A stretch of DNA of 64,000 bases from Macrostomum lignano (Eukaryota), in contig NIVC01003213.1 in assembly GCA_002269645.1 (NCBI GenBank), forward strand, positions 1 to 64,000, in the 5' to 3' direction. Position numbers and translations under genes: made by a program. Below, in pieces: positions 60,050-64,000 of this stretch (positions are counted from its first letter, which is position 1; each line of letters starts with the position of its first letter). The notes under the pieces are model-generated. The model saw only the letters and a program-made list of their open reading frames with translations. It was not told the DNA's origin and made no database searches.

Positions 60050-62665
60050 TAGTTACAGAATGTGTTACAGTGGATAGTTACAGAATGTGTTATTACAGTG
60101 GATAGTTAGAGAGTGTGTTACAGTGGATAGTTACAGAATGTGTTATTACAGTTGATAGTTACAGAGTATGTTACAGTGGATAGTTACAGAATGTGTTACA
60201 GTGGATAGTTACAGAGTATGTTACAGTGGATAGTTACAGAATGTGTTACAGTGAAAGTTACAGAATGTGTTACAGTGGATTAGTTACAGAGTGTGTTACA
60301 GTGGACAGTTACAGAATGTGTTACAGTGGATAGTTACAGAATGTGTTACAGTGGATAGTTACAGAATGTGTTGCAGTGGATTAGTTACAGAATGTGTTAC
60401 AGTGGATAGTTACAGAATGTGTTACAGTGGATTAGTTACAGAATGTGTTACAATGGATAGTTACAGAATGTGTTACAGTGGATTAGTTACAGAATGTGTT
60501 ACAGTCGATATTTACAGAGTGTGTTACAGTGGATAGTTACAGAGTGTGTTACAGTGGATAGTTACAGAGTGTGTTACAGTGGATAGTTACAGAATGTGTT
60601 ACAGTGGATTAGTTACAGAATGTGTTACAGTTGATAGTTACAGAGTGTGTTACAGTGGATAGTTACAGAATGTGTTACAGTGGATAGTTACAGAGTGTGT
60701 TACAGTGGATAGTTACAGAATGTGTTACAGTGGATTAGTTACAGAATGTGTTACAGTCGATATTTACAGAGTGTGTTACAGTGGATAGTTACAGAGTGTG
60801 TTACAGTGGATAGTTACAGAGTGTGTTACAGTGGATAGTTACAGAATGTGTTACAGTGGATTAGTTACAGAATGTGTTACAGTTGATAGTTACAGAGTGT
60901 GTTACAGTGGATAGTTACAGAATGTGTTACAGTGGATAGTTACAGAATGTGTTACAGTGGATAGTTACAGAATGTGTTACAGTGAAAGTTACAGAATGTG
61001 TTACAGTGGATTAGTTACAGAGTGTGTTACAGTGGACAGTTACAGAATGTGTTACAGTGGATAGTTACAGAATGTGTTACAGTGGATAGTTACAGAATGT
61101 GTTACAGTGGATAGTTACAGAGTGTGTTACAGTGAAAGTTACAGAATGTGTTACAGTGGATTAGTTACAGAATGTGTTACAGTGGATAGTTACAGAATGT
61201 GTTACAGTGGATTAGTTACAGAATGTGTTACAGTGGATAGTTACAGAATGTGTTACAGTGGATTAGTTACAGAATGTGTTACAGTCGATATTTACAGAGT
61301 GTGTTACAGTGGATAGTTACAGAGTGTGTTACAGTGGATAGTTACAGAGTGTGTTACAGTGGATAGTTACAGAGTGTGTTACAGTGGATAGTTACAGAGT
61401 GTGTTACAGTGGATAGTTACAGAGTGTGTTACAGTCGATTTTTACAGAGTGTGTTACAGTGGATAGTTACAGAGTGTGTTACAGTGGATAGTTACAGAGT
61501 GTGTTACAGTGGATAGTTACAGAGTGTGTTACAGTGGATAGTTACAGAATGTGTTACAGTGGATTAGTTACAGAATGTGTTACAGTTGATAGTTACAGAG
61601 TGTGTTACAGTGGATAGTTACAGAGTGTGTTACAGTGGATAGTTACAGAATGTGTTACAGTGGATAGTTACAGAGTGTGTTACAGTGGATAGTTACAGAG
61701 TGTGTTACAGTGGATAGTTACAGAATGTGTTACAGTGGATTAGTTACAGAATGTGTTACAGTGGATAGTTACAGAGTGTGTTACAGTGGATAGTTACAGA
61801 GTGTGTTACAGTGGATAGTTACAGAGTGTGTTACAGTGGATAGTTACAGAGTGTGTTACAGTCGATATTTACAGAGTGTGTTACAGTGGATAGTTACAGA
61901 GTGTGTTACAGTGGATAGTTACAGAGTGTGTTACAGTGGATAGTTACAGAGTGTGTTACAGTGGATAGTTACAGAATGTGTTACAGTGGATTAGTTACAG
62001 AATGTGTTACAGTTGATAGTTACAGAGTGTGTTACAGTGGATAGTTACAGAGTGTGTTACAGTGGATAGTTACAGAATGTGTTACAGTGGATTAGTTACA
62101 GAATGTGTTACAGTGGATAGTTACAGAATGTGTTACAGTGGATTAGTTACAGAATGTGTTACAGTGGATAGTTACAGAATGTGTTACAGTGGATTAGTTA
62201 CAGAATGTGTTACAGTCGATATTTACAGAGTGTGTTACAGTGGATAGTTACAGAGTGTGTTACAGTGGATAGTTACAGAGTGTGTTACAGTGGATAGTTA
62301 CAGAGTGTGTTACAGTGGATAGTTACAGAATGTGTTACAGTGGATTAGTTACAGAATGTGTTACAGTTGATAGTTACAGAGTGTGTTACAGTGGATAGTT
62401 ACAGAGTGTGTTACAGTGGATAGTTACAGAATGTGTTACAGTGGATAGTTACAGAGTGTGTTACAGTGGATAGTTACAGAGTGTGTTACAGTGGATAGTT
62501 ACAGAATGTGTTATTACAGTTGATAGTTACAGAGTATGTTACAGTGGATAGTTACAGAATGTGTTACAGTGGATAGTTACAGAGTATGTTACAGTGGATA
62601 GTTACAGAATGTGTTACAGTGAAAGTTACAGAATGTGTTACAGTGGATTAGTTACAGAGTGTGTT
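60050..62665. repeat. 24/25-bp minisatellite (gttacagtggatagttacagagtgt), ~2.6 kb
   Basis: Direct reading. Confidence 0.97.
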
Positions 62666-63174
62666 ACAGTAGATTGCCGGTTACTGTACTACAAAAATTA
62701 AAGCCGTAGCTTTAGTACAAATTCTGCTAAATTAAACCAGTGATTAAGAGTCACTTTTAGTATTTGCTTTAATACAAAGCATTTTAAAAAACGCTGCTTA
62801 AAAAAAGTCTACTGTGAGATCCTGTCAGAACATTCATTACCTTCGCAAATTTTAAGAAGAATTTTTAACTAAGAATTTCTTAACTACGAGTATTCCCTTG
62901 ATTTTATGTCCATATACTAAAAATTATGAAACTATTTATCAATTTCAAAGTAGCATACAGTAGCATTGTATCGTTGTCTGAACGTTTGAATAAGTTTTTT
63001 TTCGCTTTAGTGCACTGCACTTTGTCAAATTTAATAAAAACACCTTGATTTTGTTTTAATAAGCTTCTCAACCAATAGTGCAACTTTTGATGATTCTTTT
63101 AGTTAATCTTATTTGTTTTGTTTTACCTGCAGATGGCTAGTCACAGTTAATATCAACCTCTTATTCAATACTCT

Positions 63175-63495
63175 CCTCCTTCTATCCTATAATCTCATCC
63201 TCTTATCCTATAATCTCATCCTCCTATTCTATAATCTCATTCTATTATCCTATAATCTCATCCTCTTATTCTATAATCTCATCCTCTTATCCTATAATCT
63301 CATCCTCCTATTCTATAATCTCATCCTCTTATTCTATAATCTCATCCTCCTATTCTATAATCTCATCCTCTTATTCTATAATCTCATCCTCCTATTCTAT
63401 AATCTCATCCTCTTATCCTATAATCTCATCCTCCTATTCTATAATCTCATCCTCTTATTCTATAATCTCATCCTCCTATTCTATAATCTCATCCT
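63175..63495. repeat. 21-bp minisatellite (ataatctcatcctcttattct)
   Basis: Direct reading. Confidence 0.93.
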
Positions 63496-64000
63496 CTTCT
63501 TCATACACCTGCAACTCTTTTCACTTACGCGTACTACTGAATAAAGCTATCTAAAACAAAAACTATTATGTATGTAATGGCACAAGAAATCAAACTACGT
63601 GATAAAGTGATTAATTCGGTGAAAAGACAAGACTAGATAGTAATTTTATTATCGTTTAAGCATGAATTTGGTTTATTTCTAAAAGGCAGGTATTACATGT
63701 AGATTAGGTGGATTAAAAAAGTAAAAAAAATCTAATTGAATGGGTGGGTCTAAGGGGCAATCGATGAAGCTGTAAATTTTGTTTTTTATTAAATTATCTG
63801 TTTGATGCTACATTAGATAACTATAAGTTAGTTATAAGCCCGTATATTACTATAATTGATACACCAGTACAATACTGTCTACGGGTGTAATACAAAAGCA
63901 ATTGACTATAGTGTCTTAGATGAGTGAATATTTTTCAGTAACTATGGTTACGGCAAGTTCAAAATTGACTAGCGGTAGGAAACTGTAGCAATTAGCAAAT

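Noticed and set aside
60267-63544. Short repetitive ORFs (VTECVTVDSYR, YNLILL types)
   Set aside because: Minisatellite translations with no coding evidence.

Overview
AT-rich, intron- and minisatellite-rich animal genomic DNA. The style suggests a free-living flatworm such as Macrostomum, which is an inference only. (1) 1 to ~12.75 kb is the right part of a Polinton/Maverick (adintovirus-like) element. It carries the major capsid protein C-terminus, an adenain-like protease, an A32-like packaging ATPase, several accessory ORFs and a protein-primed PolB with an endonuclease VII-like insert, an in-frame spliceosomal intron and a Gly/Ser repeat. A repeat-rich terminal region ends in ...ACTACT. 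The most striking accessory gene is an intronless, core-only TATA-binding-protein homologue between a putative DEDD-like nuclease and PolB. (2) 15.0-22.4 kb holds two convergent, inverted paralogues encoding an F-type-lectin-like domain plus a PAN/apple-like domain. One intron contains a truncated Ty3/gypsy element and a CORE-SINE. (3) 25.3-38.8 kb is a nest of elements: hAT-type MITEs (8-bp TSDs) and a decayed Ty3/gypsy element with both LTRs and a 5-bp TSD. Inside the gypsy element is an intact two-ORF APE-RT-RNaseH non-LTR retrotransposon, flanked by a 1,450-bp direct duplication and with templated inverted inserts at its 5' junction. (4) 41.9-59.9 kb holds host genes: MAP2K4/MKK4, a TMUB-like ubiquitin-domain membrane protein, an SLC16/MCT-like MFS transporter (with a GC-AG intron) and a possible Zn-ribbon/repeat/SIM protein. 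Most of their introns carry private minisatellites. No CRISPR array, rRNA or intact tRNA gene was found.
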